From NCBI GenBank assembly GCA_963777605.1, contig CAVZRV010000007.1, forward strand, positions 1,024,001 to 1,088,000: a stretch of 64,000 bases of DNA, given 5' to 3'. Origin of the DNA: an uncultured Acidobacteriota bacterium (GTDB lineage Bacteria > Acidobacteriota > UBA6911 > RPQK01 > JAPXNP01). The position numbers were made by a program, and so were the translations under genes. The notes under the pieces were generated by a model, which worked only from the letters and a program-made list of their open reading frames with translations, was not told where the DNA came from and ran no database searches. Positions 1 to 11,044 of this stretch are shown piece by piece. Numbering within the stretch: position 1 is the first letter of the stretch; the number at the start of each line of letters is the position of its first letter.

Positions 1-1
1 C

Positions 2-826
2 CTCGAGAGGCTTCAGTCCGCCACCGCTTTGGGACTTGCGGAGCGGGGACTCCCCTCGGAGTTACTGCCCAACCGCGACGTGGGGGTGATGCTTCAGGCC
101 AGCCTTCTGGACAAGCGGGTCGATTTCAACCTCGGCCTTTTCAACGGGGCGCCGGACGGGTCCAACCTGTTCCAGGACTTTGACGAGAAGAAGGACCTCG
201 TGGCGAGGGTTTTCACTCTGCCCTTCCGAAACGGAACGTTGGCGCGGGGTTTGGGTATCGGAATCGCGGGCTCCTATGGTCAGCACCTGGGCCTTGCCCG
301 GATTTACCAGACCACCACCTTGCAGCCTTTCTTCAAATTTGCGCCTGACACGATCGCGAACGGAACCAGTTGGAGAGTCGTCCCGCAGGCTTACTACTAT
401 CAGGGACCCTTTGGAGTCATAGCAGAGTGGGCCGCCTCCTCGCAGGAGATGGCGCTGGGCCAGAGGATGCTGGCGGCACGAAACTCTGCGTGGCAGGTGA
501 CGGGAAGTCTGGTTCTGACGGGAGAAGCGGCTTCCTACGGGGGAGTGGACCCTGCCTCCGATTTTGAACCGGGGTCGGGAAAATTCGGAGCCTTTGAGCT
601 CGTCCTCCGCGCCGGAAGGCTCAACCTTGACAGCGATATCTTCCCGGATTTTGCCGATGAACGGCTGTCCGCCCGGCGGGCGACCGGGTTCGGCGCGGGT
701 CTGAACTGGTACCTCAGCCGGGAGGTCCGGCTGCTTTTCGACTACGAAACCACCGGCTTTGTCCCGTTCCTGCGACCGGTTGACCGGGAGCATGCCATCA
801 TCACGCGAATGCAGTTTGCTTACTGA
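2..826 (+). CDS. Phosphate-selective porin OprO/OprP family (5'-truncated by window edge)
   Basis: ERGLPSELLPNRDVG motif, beta-barrel-like strands, GAGLNWYL motif and C-terminal aromatic residue (RMQFAY); reading frame is open to the window start. Confidence 0.8.
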   Translation, partial: LERLQSATALGLAERGLPSELLPNRDVGVMLQASLLDKRVDFNLGLFNGAPDGSNLFQDFDEKKDLVARVFTLPFRNGTLARGLGIGIAGSYGQHLGLARIYQTTTLQPFFKFAPDTIANGTSWRVVPQAYYYQGPFGVIAEWAASSQEMALGQRMLAARNSAWQVTGSLVLTGEAASYGGVDPASDFEPGSGKFGAFELVLRAGRLNLDSDIFPDFADERLSARRATGFGAGLNWYLSREVRLLFDYETTGFVPFLRPVDREHAIITRMQFAY

Positions 827-893
827 GATCCCAGGCTCCCCTTGACCCGGAGCCGTCCGGTATGATGAATTGTGGGAAATTTCCTCGACGAGC

Positions 894-2351
894 ATGGCTT
901 TGAAAATCTTACTCGTACTACCGATTCGTGAAGGAAAGAACTTCCAGATCGCGCCCGATCTGGGGATTCTTTACCTGGGGACTGCCCTGCGCTCCCAGGG
1001 GTACGATGTCACCCTGCTCGATTGCCCGAAAGAGAAGTTCACCTTCACCGATTTCAGCCGGTTTGTTCAAGAAGGAGACTTTGATGTTGTCGGATTCCGG
1101 TGTTACAGCCGCGATCACAACTACGTGCGCTACCACTCGGAGATCGTCAAGGCAATTAGACCGGAGACGCTGACACTTGCAGGAGGCCCCCATCCCTCGG
1201 CCCTTCCGGAATTCTTTCTAGGCGATATCTCCACCCTTGATTTCGCCTGGCAATCGGAGGCTGAAGAGGGACTCCCAACCCTTCTCGACGCCTTCCAGAA
1301 CGACGGCGCGCGGATCCCGGATTCGATTCTTGAGACGATTCCGGGACTGGTCTGGAAGAATCGAAGCGAAGACCGCATCGTGGTCAATCCTCCCAGCTTC
1401 GGGCTCGATCTGGACCGGTTCGGAATTCCGGCGTGGGATCTGGTTCGGCCCGAGACGTACCCCAGCTTTATCTGGGAAGAGTATTACCCCATGGTCACCA
1501 CCCGGGGCTGTCCCTATCCCTGCACCTACTGTAACGCCCCGCAACTCTCCGGGAAGAAGTTGCGGCATCGCAGCCCCGAGCACGTCATCGAGGAACTGAG
1601 GCTGTTGAAGTCGCGCTACGGCGTGGGGCGGTTCAGCATCCTCGACGATGAATTTACGCTGAACAAGAAGTACGTCTTTGAGCTGTGCGAAGCACTGATC
1701 GACGCCGGTCTCAATCTGAAGTGGGATTGCCCGAACGGGGTTCGGATTGACTCCCTCTATCCCGAAATGCTCCAGTTGATGGAGGCCGCCGGTTGTGAGG
1801 CCCTGGCGGTCGGGGTCGAGTCGGGCTCGGCACGGGTCCAGAAACTGATCGACAAGCGGGTTACGGTCGAGAGGATCCGAGAGAAGGCGGCCATGATTTC
1901 GGGCTGCAGCGGGATTCAGCTGACCGGCTATTTCATGATCGGATTCCTCGACGAGACCGAAGAGGAAATCCGGGAGACGATCGATTTTGCCTGCGCGCTC
2001 CCTCTGCGAAAGGCGAATTTCAATATCGTCATCCCGATTCCGGGAACCCGGATCTTCGACGACCTGATCCATAAGGGCCTGTTGGAACTGCGCGAGATCA
2101 ACTGGGACACACTGACCAGCGACCAGGTTGCTTTCCGTCGCAACCACGTCAGCGGTGACCGCCTGTTGCGCATGCAGCGGTATGCCTACATGCGATTCTA
2201 CGGTCGCCCGAAAATCATGTTCGATCTGCTCAAGGAATCGCTCGACAATACTGAGGTGATCAAGGCCAGCCTGCGGAAGATCAACATGCTTTCCTGGCGC
2301 GACGAAACCTACCGCTTCACTCCCCTGTACCTGAAAGATCGCCCCGTCTGA
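894..2351 (+). CDS. B12-binding domain radical SAM protein
   Basis: N-terminal cobalamin-binding domain (PDLGILYL...GGPHPS) and TTRGCPYPCTYC (CxxxCxxC) motif. Confidence 0.9.
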   Translation: MALKILLVLPIREGKNFQIAPDLGILYLGTALRSQGYDVTLLDCPKEKFTFTDFSRFVQEGDFDVVGFRCYSRDHNYVRYHSEIVKAIRPETLTLAGGPHPSALPEFFLGDISTLDFAWQSEAEEGLPTLLDAFQNDGARIPDSILETIPGLVWKNRSEDRIVVNPPSFGLDLDRFGIPAWDLVRPETYPSFIWEEYYPMVTTRGCPYPCTYCNAPQLSGKKLRHRSPEHVIEELRLLKSRYGVGRFSILDDEFTLNKKYVFELCEALIDAGLNLKWDCPNGVRIDSLYPEMLQLMEAAGCEALAVGVESGSARVQKLIDKRVTVERIREKAAMISGCSGIQLTGYFMIGFLDETEEEIRETIDFACALPLRKANFNIVIPIPGTRIFDDLIHKGLLELREINWDTLTSDQVAFRRNHVSGDRLLRMQRYAYMRFYGRPKIMFDLLKESLDNTEVIKASLRKINMLSWRDETYRFTPLYLKDRPV

Positions 2352-3176
2352 TCAGCGCTGTGCCCTGGATGCGCACTGTACCAGCAGCTTTCCGCCCTGG
2401 ACGGCTACGTCAGAGATGTAGTCGGGGAGCCGGAAGTTCTCCCGGTTCTCCGGGGATTCGAACAGCCGGGAGGCGGCAGTGGACAAGCTGATCGCCGGAA
2501 TCGGAAAGGACCCCAACTTGCCAGCGGTGGGCTCCAGGTGAAGGTAGCCGTCGCGAGCGGAAAGCCTTCCCTGGAGTTCAAAGCTCATCTCTTTACCGTA
2601 GAGCTGAAACTTGAGGTAGGTTCGGACCTGCTCTCCGATCAGGGCCACTCGTACATCGGTGACTGTCGATTGCAGCTGGGCAATTTCTCCGGAGGAGAGG
2701 TCACCTCCCGGATCGGAGGAGCCGGGAAGACCGGCCTGAGAGACCTGACCTTCTTCACTTTCTCCGGCTGACGGGAGTTGCAGGTTGGAGTGCAGCCAGG
2801 CATTGAGTTCGGCCTGATCGAGGTCGACCTTCCGGGCGCGCCCGGCCCGGACGTAACGCTCCATCTGGGCGATCTTACGTTTCGCGCTTTGGTGAGCTTC
2901 AGGACTGACCGCTATGACCGGCGCGGGAGCCGGACTCAAAATCAGATAAAGGGTCATGGCCGAGACGATCAGCATGAACCACCGGGCCATCCGCAGCACC
3001 GGCCGAATCCAGCCGGTTCGGGAAACCGGGTCCTGCTCGGGCGGAGGGATTGGCGGACCGCCGACTTCAACGGCGTGGCGGGCGTGGAACTTGGCGAAAA
3101 CAATGCCGCAACGAGGACATTCCTCGGTTGGCTCTTCCTGGTTGAACGAGCAGTTCGGGCATCTCTGACATCTCAT
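2352..3176 (-). CDS. Hypothetical membrane-anchored protein with N-terminal zinc ribbon
   Basis: CPNC...CPRCGIVF zinc ribbon, one TM helix, beta-rich C-terminal domain. Confidence 0.65.
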   Translation of the reverse strand: MRCQRCPNCSFNQEEPTEECPRCGIVFAKFHARHAVEVGGPPIPPPEQDPVSRTGWIRPVLRMARWFMLIVSAMTLYLILSPAPAPVIAVSPEAHQSAKRKIAQMERYVRAGRARKVDLDQAELNAWLHSNLQLPSAGESEEGQVSQAGLPGSSDPGGDLSSGEIAQLQSTVTDVRVALIGEQVRTYLKFQLYGKEMSFELQGRLSARDGYLHLEPTAGKLGSFPIPAISLSTAASRLFESPENRENFRLPDYISDVAVQGGKLLVQCASRAQR

Positions 3177-3309
3177 GCAGTCTGCTCCAGTCCGGGGCTC
3201 CCCAACTGGCCCTATCGGCAGATCTGGAACTTAACTTTAGCCTCTTCGGCAAACAGACCGCGAAGCTCCCCGACACGCCAGCTGCCTTCGTGATCCGGGC
3301 AGGCCCAAC

Positions 3310-3684
3310 CTAGGCCTCGATGACGACGGCGGCGACGGCATACTCGGCGGCGTGGGTGATGGTCAAATGAGCGGAGATCCCCTTCATTTCCTTGAGGATC
3401 TCCTCGGCTCGGCCGTAGAAGTTCAGTTCCGGCCTGCCCTTTTCTCCGGAAACCACTTCCACGTCCTGCCAGCGAATGCCTTCCTGCCAACCGGTTCCGA
3501 GTGCTTTCAGGGCGGCTTCTTTGGCGGCGAACCTCCCTGCAAAGTGTTGATAGCGATTCTTGCGCGCAACACAGTATTGCAGTTCCCGTTCCGTGAATAC
3601 CCGCCGAGCCAGGGCATCCCCGTTCTCGAGAGCCTTACGGATGCGGCTTACTTCGACGATGTCGATGCCAAGTCCGATGACCAC
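3310..3684 (-). CDS. acpS: Holo-ACP synthase
   Basis: GLGIDIVE and AGRFAAKEAALKALGTG motifs. Confidence 0.95.
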   Translation of the reverse strand: MVIGLGIDIVEVSRIRKALENGDALARRVFTERELQYCVARKNRYQHFAGRFAAKEAALKALGTGWQEGIRWQDVEVVSGEKGRPELNFYGRAEEILKEMKGISAHLTITHAAEYAVAAVVIEA

Positions 3685-3708
3685 GTTGTGTTAACCTCGC
3701 TCAAATTG

Positions 3709-4443
3709 ATGCTTGAGAATGAAGATGGTTGCCATTCCTTCTACCACAATCTCCCGGAACTCGAGCAGATTCCTGATTTTATCCACGGATTTATCGCTCG
3801 CCAACCAGGAGTCACCAGTTTGGACGAGGCAGAAGAGCGGAATGTTCAGTTGCTGGCCGCGCTCGGGATTGGTGCTTCCCGGATCGGTCTGCTGAACCAG
3901 GTCCATTCGAATCAGGTCCTCGTCGTCGCTCGTCAGGATCAATGGCGGGCATGGCCCCAGCGATTGGGCAAGGCGGATGGCGTGGTCGCTCTTGTTCCCG
4001 GACTCGTACCGGTACTGCGAACAGCAGACTGTGTCCCGGTGATTGCCGTTGCGCCGAACCGGCGGGTGGTTGCCCTGTTTCACGCCGGTTGGCGGGGATT
4101 GCGGGCCCGCATTGTGTCGCGAGGGTTGCGTGCGTTGATGGAGTCTTCAGGCGCCGATCCGGACGAGGTCAGGGTTGGCATCGGGCCGTGTATCCGTTCC
4201 TGCTGCTATGAAGTAGGGGAGGAAGTCCTGGCTGCATTCGAAGCGGAAGGATATGAGCGCAGCGCGATCTCGGACGGGCGCCGCCTCGACCTTGCCGCGG
4301 TGGCCCGAAGGCAGGTCGAAGAGGTCGGCATCCCTTCGTGGATTGATCCCGGTATCTGTTGTGCGTGCCGAAACGACCGGTTTTACTCTTATCGAAAAGA
4401 AGGGACTCCGCTACGGATCTGGACCTTTGCCGGCTTCCAGTGA
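3709..4443 (+). CDS. pgeF: PgeF/YfiH family protein (polyphenol oxidase-like)
   Basis: QVHS, TADCVPV, HAGWRG, GPCIRSCCYEV and FYSYR motifs. Confidence 0.88.
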   Translation: MLENEDGCHSFYHNLPELEQIPDFIHGFIARQPGVTSLDEAEERNVQLLAALGIGASRIGLLNQVHSNQVLVVARQDQWRAWPQRLGKADGVVALVPGLVPVLRTADCVPVIAVAPNRRVVALFHAGWRGLRARIVSRGLRALMESSGADPDEVRVGIGPCIRSCCYEVGEEVLAAFEAEGYERSAISDGRRLDLAAVARRQVEEVGIPSWIDPGICCACRNDRFYSYRKEGTPLRIWTFAGFQ

Positions 4444-4553
4444 GAGTGGAATCCACTGAACCCCGACCGATTGCCATGGTCGGAACCCTCCTGGCGACTA
4501 GCACTCTTTGAATGATTTCTCGCGAGGTGGGAGAGGCCGGGCTGACCCGGGCC

Positions 4554-5039
4554 TTAATCCAGTTTGGTTGCGAGGATGTCCGCCCGCATCTTGTCCCTGT
4601 AGGCGCGAAGTTTCGTGACCAGTTCGGGGTCTTTTCTGCTCAGGATCTGGACTGCGAAGAGGCCGGCATTCTTGGCACCTGACCTGCCGATTGTCATGGT
4701 CGCCACCGGAATACCGCCCGGCATCTGCACGGTTGAGTAGAGGGCATCAACGCCCTTCAGGGGAGAGGAGTCGATCGGAACTCCGATGACGGGAAGAATG
4801 GAATGAGCGGCCAGGGTCCCCGCAAGGTGGGCGGCAAACCCCGCACCCGCAACCAGGACCTCGACTCCACGCTCCTCCGCACTCTTTATGTACTCAACGG
4901 TGTCGTGCGGCGTCCGATGAGCCGACAGGACTCTCATTTCGTAGCCGACACCAAATTCATCGAGAATTGCTGCGGCCGCTCGCATGACTTCGGCGTCAGA
5001 GCGACTGCCCATCAGGATGCTTACTTTTGGATTTTCCAT
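4554..5039 (-). CDS. purE: N5-carboxyaminoimidazole ribonucleotide mutase
   Basis: MGSRSD, SAHRTP and VQMPGGIPVAT motifs. Confidence 0.96.
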   Translation of the reverse strand: MENPKVSILMGSRSDAEVMRAAAAILDEFGVGYEMRVLSAHRTPHDTVEYIKSAEERGVEVLVAGAGFAAHLAGTLAAHSILPVIGVPIDSSPLKGVDALYSTVQMPGGIPVATMTIGRSGAKNAGLFAVQILSRKDPELVTKLRAYRDKMRADILATKLD

Positions 5040-5053
5040 AAAACTCTCTTTCC

Positions 5054-6343
5054 TTAGCCGATACCCAGTCTTTTCAGCCCTTTGGCGGCGATATCACGCC
5101 GGTAGTACATGTCCTGGAAGTGAATCTTGTTGACCCCTTCATAGACCCGGATGATCGCCGATTCCAAATCAGGGCCCAGGGAAGTAACGCCCAGGACCCG
5201 CCCGCCGCCGGTGACGATGTTGCCGTTCTGAAGAGCGGTTCCTGCGTGAAAAACGATTGTCTGCGAATCCTCTTCCGCCATCGGAATGCCGGAGATCTCG
5301 TAACCTTTGGAGTAGGGACCCGGGTAGCCCTTGGATGCGACCACAACGCAGACGGCGGCGTCTTTCTTCCAGGCCACCTCACTCCCGGACAAATCCCCTT
5401 CAGCCAGCGCCCAGAAGAGTTCGAACAGGTCGGAGTCGAGCCGGGGCACTACGGCCTGTGTCTCAGGATCACCGAAACGGACGTTGAACTCGAGCACCTT
5501 GGGACCGTCGGCCGTCAACATCAGCCCGGCGTAAAGGATCCCCTGGAATGGAGTTCCCCGTTCGGACATGCCGCGGAGCGTGGGTTCGATGATCGTGCTC
5601 ATGATGCGCGAACGTAACTGGTCGTCAAGCAGGAAATCAACCGAGTAGGCACCCATCCCTCCAGTGTTGGGCCCGCGGTCGCCTTCGTAGGCAGCCTTGT
5701 GGTCCTGCGAAGGGACCATCGGGAGGATGTGTTCGCCGTCGGTGAACACCATGAACGACGTTTCCTCGCCAGTGAGGAACTCCTCGATAACGATGCGGTC
5801 ACCTGCGGAACCGAAGTCGTGGCTGCGCATGGTTGAGCGCACGGCATCCAGCGCCGGTTCCAGTCCTTCACAAATCAGGACCCCCTTGCCGGCGGCAAGG
5901 CCATCCGCCTTAATGACGGTGGGGAATTCAAACTGCCCCGCTTTCAGGGCAGACTCGGCAGCATTCGCCGATTCGAAGACCGCAAACCGGGCCGTCGGGA
6001 TGTTCTGGTCCTGTAGAAACTGCTTGGAAAAGACCTTGCTCCCCTCCAGTTGCGCAGCAGCGGCCGTCGGACCGGCAATGCGCAGTCCTTCCCCACGAAA
6101 ACGGTCAACGATTCCGTCCACCAGGGGAGCTTCCGGGCCGACCACGGTCAGGTCAGCCGACACATTACGGGCCAGCGAAACAACCTCGTCCAATTTCCCC
6201 AGGCTTACGGAGACATTGCGGCCCAGCAGTGCGCAGCCCGGATTGCCGGGAGCGCAAATGATTTCAGAGACCTTGGGACTCTGTTTCAGCTTCCAGGCCA
6301 AGGTGTGCTCACGCCCACCGGAGCCGAGCATCAAAACTTTCAC
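5054..6343 (-). CDS. purD: Phosphoribosylamine--glycine ligase
   Basis: GSGGREH, KADGLAAGKGV, GPNTGGMGAY and EFNVRFGDPETQ motifs. Confidence 0.97.
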   Translation of the reverse strand: MKVLMLGSGGREHTLAWKLKQSPKVSEIICAPGNPGCALLGRNVSVSLGKLDEVVSLARNVSADLTVVGPEAPLVDGIVDRFRGEGLRIAGPTAAAAQLEGSKVFSKQFLQDQNIPTARFAVFESANAAESALKAGQFEFPTVIKADGLAAGKGVLICEGLEPALDAVRSTMRSHDFGSAGDRIVIEEFLTGEETSFMVFTDGEHILPMVPSQDHKAAYEGDRGPNTGGMGAYSVDFLLDDQLRSRIMSTIIEPTLRGMSERGTPFQGILYAGLMLTADGPKVLEFNVRFGDPETQAVVPRLDSDLFELFWALAEGDLSGSEVAWKKDAAVCVVVASKGYPGPYSKGYEISGIPMAEEDSQTIVFHAGTALQNGNIVTGGGRVLGVTSLGPDLESAIIRVYEGVNKIHFQDMYYRRDIAAKGLKRLGIG

Positions 6344-6349
6344 GGCGCC

Positions 6350-6634
6350 TCAACTCTTGGTTTCGCTACTCGACGTAGACTTCGACACACTCTCGGAGGT
6401 GGTCGGAGCGGGCGTTTCCTTCGCGGAAGAGTTGCTGGACGATCCGTTGGACTTCGATTTTCCGTAGTCGTTCACGTACCAGCCGGCGCCCTTGAATCGA
6501 ATAGCCGGCGCCGACAACTGGCGCTCCAGTTTCCCCCCACAGTAGGAACAAGCGACGGGATCGGGATCCGATACTCTCTGAAGGACTTCAACAGTCCGGT
6601 CACAATCAACACAACAATATTCGTATAGAGGCAT
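6350..6634 (-). CDS. FmdB family zinc-ribbon protein
   Basis: MPLYEYCC..C, C..CGG and FKGAGWYVNDY motifs, followed by a Ser-rich tail. Confidence 0.9.
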   Translation of the reverse strand: MPLYEYCCVDCDRTVEVLQRVSDPDPVACSYCGGKLERQLSAPAIRFKGAGWYVNDYGKSKSNGSSSNSSAKETPAPTTSESVSKSTSSSETKS

Positions 6635-6668
6635 TGTACCCTCCAGATACACATTCTAACGGCGATGG

Positions 6669-6697
6669 AATATAAGATCGAAAGTATTGATTGTCAA
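6669..6697 (-). promoter_or_regulatory. Sigma70-type promoter for FmdB-purD-purE
   Basis: Minus strand reads TTGACA-17 bp-TATATT. Confidence 0.7.
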
Positions 6698-6806
6698 GGT
6701 GATGCACCCGCGACTGTGAAGCGTTCCGGGCTGTCGTGCTATGATCGAGCCCTGCTGAAACGGCTGTCACAGAGGGCTGAGATCCTGTCATTGGTGGAGT
6801 AATTAT

Positions 6807-8093
6807 ATGCTAAATCGGATTTTCATCCGAGAAAACCTGGACCTGGTGAGGGAGCGCCTCGCACGAAAGCGATTCGAGCTGGACGTTGCCGGATTTTTGG
6901 CCCTCGATGAGCGGGAGCGGGAGATTCGGACGAAGGTTGAAGAATTGCGTGCATTGCGCAACCGCACCAGTGAGGAAATCGCGTCGGTGAAGAAGTCCGG
7001 TGGCGATGCCACCGCGAAGATCACCGAAATGCGCGAGGTTTCGACGGAAATCAAGCGCCTGGAAGAAGGGCTGACGGCGCTCGAAAGCGAAGTGCAGACC
7101 TTCCTGTCTACGATCCCGAACCTGCCGGACCAATCGGTGCCCGTGGGAGTTGACGACCAATCCAACCGGGTGGAGCGCACGGCAGGGACACCGAGGAAGT
7201 TTGATTTCCCGGTGCTGGACCATGTTGACTTGGGAACCCGGCTCGGGGTTCTCGACATGGAGCGTGCCACCAAAATTGCCGGGGCTCGGTTCGCGGTCTA
7301 CTCCGGTGCCGGTGCCCTTCTCGAGCGAGCGCTGATCAACTTCATGCTCGACATCCACACCCGGGAACACGGCTACCGTGAGGTCTTGCCTCCGTTTATG
7401 GCCAATAGTGCGAGTTTCTTCGGGACCGGAAATCTGCCCAAGTTTGAGGCCGATCTGTTCAAGGTCCAGGGGACGGACTATTTTCTGGTTCCGACTGCGG
7501 AGGTCCCGGTCACGAATCTGCACGCCGGCGACATTCTTGACGAAGATGATCTCCCGCTCTACTACACGGCGTTCACTCCCTGCTTCCGCAGTGAAGCGGG
7601 TTCCTACGGGCGGGACACGCGGGGGCTGATCCGACAGCACCAGTTCAACAAAGTGGAACTGGTGAAGTTCACGACTCCTGAGCAGTCCTACCGGGAACTC
7701 GAGAAACTGACGGCCGACGCCGAAGACATCTTGCGACGACTTGAACTGCCCTTCCGGACGGTTACGTTGTCGACCGGGGACATGAGTTTTACCTCCGCCA
7801 AGACCTACGACCTGGAAGTGTGGATTCCGAGTCAGAATAGTTACCGGGAAATCTCTTCCTGCAGCAACTTCGAAGATTTCCAGGCCCGGCGGGCGAATAT
7901 TCGCTACAAGCCCCGCGAAGGTAAGCGGACGCGGTTGGCCCACACGCTCAACGGCTCTGGACTGGCGGTCGGGCGCACCTGGGTTGCCATTGTCGAGAAC
8001 TATCAGCAGGCCGACGGCAGCGTGGTGATACCCGAGGCACTCCGCAGCTACATGCATGGACTCTCGGTGATTCGTCCCGATGATTCGATTTAA
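6807..8093 (+). CDS. serS: Serine--tRNA ligase
   Basis: [28 protein letters not shown] and [11 protein letters not shown] motifs. Confidence 0.97.
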   Translation: MLNRIFIRENLDLVRERLARKRFELDVAGFLALDEREREIRTKVEELRALRNRTSEEIASVKKSGGDATAKITEMREVSTEIKRLEEGLTALESEVQTFLSTIPNLPDQSVPVGVDDQSNRVERTAGTPRKFDFPVLDHVDLGTRLGVLDMERATKIAGARFAVYSGAGALLERALINFMLDIHTREHGYREVLPPFMANSASFFGTGNLPKFEADLFKVQGTDYFLVPTAEVPVTNLHAGDILDEDDLPLYYTAFTPCFRSEAGSYGRDTRGLIRQHQFNKVELVKFTTPEQSYRELEKLTADAEDILRRLELPFRTVTLSTGDMSFTSAKTYDLEVWIPSQNSYREISSCSNFEDFQARRANIRYKPREGKRTRLAHTLNGSGLAVGRTWVAIVENYQQADGSVVIPEALRSYMHGLSVIRPDDSI

Positions 8094-9021
8094 CCTCGAC
8101 AAGAACGTCAAACTCGATTTCTACGAGCAGATCAAGGGGCAACTCCTTTCCGCAATCTACTGCGGGAAAGTGAAAGGGGGAGACCGGCTGCCGTCGATTC
8201 GGGAACTCGCCGAAGCCCTCGAGGTCAACTACAAGACGATTCGCAGGGTCTATTTGCAACTCTCGCAGGAAGGCTACGTCGAACTCGTCAAGGGGAGTGG
8301 GGCCTTCCTCAAGAAGCGCAGCGGCGAGGATACCTACGAGCAGATGCGCCGGCACGCGATCTTCCGGCTGCTTCGGGAGGTTTCCGAGAAAGCCCGGGGG
8401 TTGGGCATGTCCCAAGAGCGATTTGCCCGAATCTTTCTCAGTTACTCCACCGGGACGAATCTGCGGACCCTGAAGCTCGGAGTCGTTGACCACGAGGAAG
8501 AGGCCTATATTTTCTCTCGGGAACTCCGGATGCGCCTGGCGGCCGATGTTTCCGCGGTCACGCTGGGTCGAGAGCAGGAGTCACGACAGGAACTCGAAGA
8601 GGCCGACTATCTGCTCACTACCAGCTACCACATGGGGGAGGTCCGGGCCCTCGCTGAGGAGTTGGGAAAGGAGTTCGTCGAAATCAAGCCCAGTCACGAG
8701 ATCTACACGGAGATACTCGAGGCCGCCCGGAACCACAACATCGCGATCGTCATCAAAGACGAGAAGACGATGCATGCGTCCTGGGACATCTTCATGAACC
8801 TCTATCACCCGTCGACGACGAAGCGGTTCTGGATCGCCCCGATTGATCGTGAGGACCTGATTCAGCACATTGTCGAGGAAGCCGACCTGATCTTCGTGTC
8901 GCCCATGGTGTGGGACGAGATGCGACGGCGGACGCCTTCCGGTAAAGAACTGAAAACCTACGAGAATTTCATTTCCGAGAGCACCATCAACTATTTGAAG
9001 GAACTCCAGTTGCTCGCCTGA
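8080..9021 (+). CDS. GntR (YtrA-like HTH) family transcriptional regulator with extended C-terminal domain
   Basis: [25 protein letters not shown]...KGSGAF winged HTH. Confidence 0.85.
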   Translation: MIRFNLDKNVKLDFYEQIKGQLLSAIYCGKVKGGDRLPSIRELAEALEVNYKTIRRVYLQLSQEGYVELVKGSGAFLKKRSGEDTYEQMRRHAIFRLLREVSEKARGLGMSQERFARIFLSYSTGTNLRTLKLGVVDHEEEAYIFSRELRMRLAADVSAVTLGREQESRQELEEADYLLTTSYHMGEVRALAEELGKEFVEIKPSHEIYTEILEAARNHNIAIVIKDEKTMHASWDIFMNLYHPSTTKRFWIAPIDREDLIQHIVEEADLIFVSPMVWDEMRRRTPSGKELKTYENFISESTINYLKELQLLA

Positions 9022-9035
9022 GCGAGCCGATTGCC

Positions 9036-10106
9036 ATGAACAGGGTGCTGGACCAGCTGCTCATTGCTCTTCCCAAGGCTGAACTGCACCTGCACCTGGA
9101 AGGGTCGGTCAGCCGGGATCGAATGGGTGGGTTCGCGGCAAAGTACGCTGCTGCTCTTTTGGATGCGGGTTTGGCCAACCCGGCGGAGGCGGTGTACCAG
9201 TTCAAGGACTTTCCGGGGTTCCTCGCTGCCTACAAGACAGTCTGCCTCCACCTGCGGTCGCTGGAAGACTACCTGTTGCTGTTGAAAGATCTGGAAGCCT
9301 ACTTCTTGGCGGAGAACATCCGCTATGCCGAAGTCCTGTTTACGCCTTCGATCCCCTGGAAATTCGGATTCGACGGACGAGAGATCCTGTCTGCCCTGGT
9401 GGAAGAATCGGCTCGATTCGAAAAGGAAAGTGGCTGTCCGATCCGGTGGATTCTCGACTGCGTGCGTCAGTTCGGGCGGGAATCGGCGGAGCGCACGGCG
9501 GAACTGGCTTCGGAGTTCAGGGAGCGCGGTGTGGTGGCTGTCGGTCTTGGTGGAGACGAGATTTCCCTGCCCGCTTCGGAGTTCGAGGAGGTGTTTGCCT
9601 GGAGTCGGGCTCATCAATTGTATGTCCATGTTCATGCTGGCGAGACTGGTGGGCCGAAGGAGGTCTGGGAGGCGCTCCAGGTACTGGGAGCCAACCGGAT
9701 CGGCCACGGCATCCAGGCGGCCAGGGATCCGAAGCTGATGGAATACCTTCGTCTTCGAGCGGTAGGGCTGGATGTCTGCTTGACCAGCAACGTGCGTACT
9801 CGATCCTGGCCGCTGCTGGGAGACCATCCCCTGCCTCTTCTGATGAAGAGGGGAGTTCCGATCAGCCTCAACACCGACGATCCAGGCTTATTCGAAACCC
9901 GGCTCTCTCTTGAGCTGCGCAAGGCGATCCAGACGTTTTCCTTGACAGCCGATGATTTGAGCCGGATTCTCATCCAGGGAGTGCGTTCGTCCTTTCTCCC
10001 ACACGAACGGAAGATGGCCCTCATGCAGCAGTTCGGTGACGAAATCAGCCGGCGCCTCGAGCCCTGGCCGGCCGGCCGCAAGGAAGAGGGGTTGGCTGAG
10101 CAATGA
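9036..10106 (+). CDS. add: Adenosine/adenine deaminase
   Basis: PKAELHLHLEG, HAGE, RIGHG and NTDDP motifs. Confidence 0.9.
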   Translation: MNRVLDQLLIALPKAELHLHLEGSVSRDRMGGFAAKYAAALLDAGLANPAEAVYQFKDFPGFLAAYKTVCLHLRSLEDYLLLLKDLEAYFLAENIRYAEVLFTPSIPWKFGFDGREILSALVEESARFEKESGCPIRWILDCVRQFGRESAERTAELASEFRERGVVAVGLGGDEISLPASEFEEVFAWSRAHQLYVHVHAGETGGPKEVWEALQVLGANRIGHGIQAARDPKLMEYLRLRAVGLDVCLTSNVRTRSWPLLGDHPLPLLMKRGVPISLNTDDPGLFETRLSLELRKAIQTFSLTADDLSRILIQGVRSSFLPHERKMALMQQFGDEISRRLEPWPAGRKEEGLAEQ

Positions 10107-11044
10107 AGCTGATCATTCAGATTCCCTGTCGCAACGAAGCCCAGACACTGCCCCGGACGGTGGCTGACCTTCCCCGCGTTGTCCCGGGTTTCGACACAGT
10201 GGAATACCTGATCGTTGATGACGGGAGCACCGACGGAACGAGTGAAGTGGCTCGACAGTGTGGAGTCCACCACGTCATTCGGCTCAGCACTCATCTCGGC
10301 TTGGCCGAGGCCTTCCGGTCGGGGTTGGACGCCTGCCTCAAGCGCGCGGCGGACGTAATCGTCAACACCGACGGTGACAATCAATATGTTGGAGCCGATA
10401 TCGTCCGGTTGGTCGAGCCGATCATCGAACAGCGGGCCGACATGGTGGTGGGGGCGAGGCCGATAGAAGAGATCGCCCATTTCTCCACGCTCAAAAAGTT
10501 TCTCCAGCGAATAGGCAGCCGCATCGTCCGCCAGGTTTCGAATACCACGGTCCTCGATGCGACCAGTGGCTTCAGGGCATTTACCCGGCATGCCGCGCTG
10601 CGCCTCAATGTATTCACCCAGTACACCTACACTCTGGAAACCCTGATTCAGGCCGGGCTTTCGAACATGAAAGTAGTCTCGGTCCCGATCCGGACCAACG
10701 CGCCGCTTCGTGAGTCCCGGCTGATCAGCAACATCCCGTCCTACATTCAGCGGTCGGTCTTCACCATGCTGCGGATTTTTGTCCTCTACAAGCCGCTGAG
10801 GTTCTTCGTCAGTGTCGGCGGAGCGGTATTCGGAACCGGTTTTCTGATCGGGATGCGTTTCCTCTACTACTACCTGGTCGGGCAGGGAGACGGAAAAATC
10901 CAATCGCTGATTCTCGCCGCCGTTCTGCTGATTATGGGCGTGCAGTTGGGGATTGCGGGACTGCTGTCCGACCTCATCGCGACCAACCGGCGGATTCTCG
11001 AGGAGGTGCAGGTGCAGGAAAGGGAACGGCAACTGGAAGGGTAA
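10103..11044 (+). CDS. Glycosyltransferase family 2 (DPM/DPG synthase-like) with C-terminal TM helices
   Basis: IPCRNEA, DDGSTDGT, DGDNQY and DATSGFRAF motifs. Confidence 0.9.
   Translation: MKLIIQIPCRNEAQTLPRTVADLPRVVPGFDTVEYLIVDDGSTDGTSEVARQCGVHHVIRLSTHLGLAEAFRSGLDACLKRAADVIVNTDGDNQYVGADIVRLVEPIIEQRADMVVGARPIEEIAHFSTLKKFLQRIGSRIVRQVSNTTVLDATSGFRAFTRHAALRLNVFTQYTYTLETLIQAGLSNMKVVSVPIRTNAPLRESRLISNIPSYIQRSVFTMLRIFVLYKPLRFFVSVGGAVFGTGFLIGMRFLYYYLVGQGDGKIQSLILAAVLLIMGVQLGIAGLLSDLIATNRRILEEVQVQERERQLEG

Noticed and set aside
3352-3708. N-terminal extension of the pgeF ORF overlapping acpS
   Set aside because: It is antisense to acpS; the homologous region begins near the ATG at 3709
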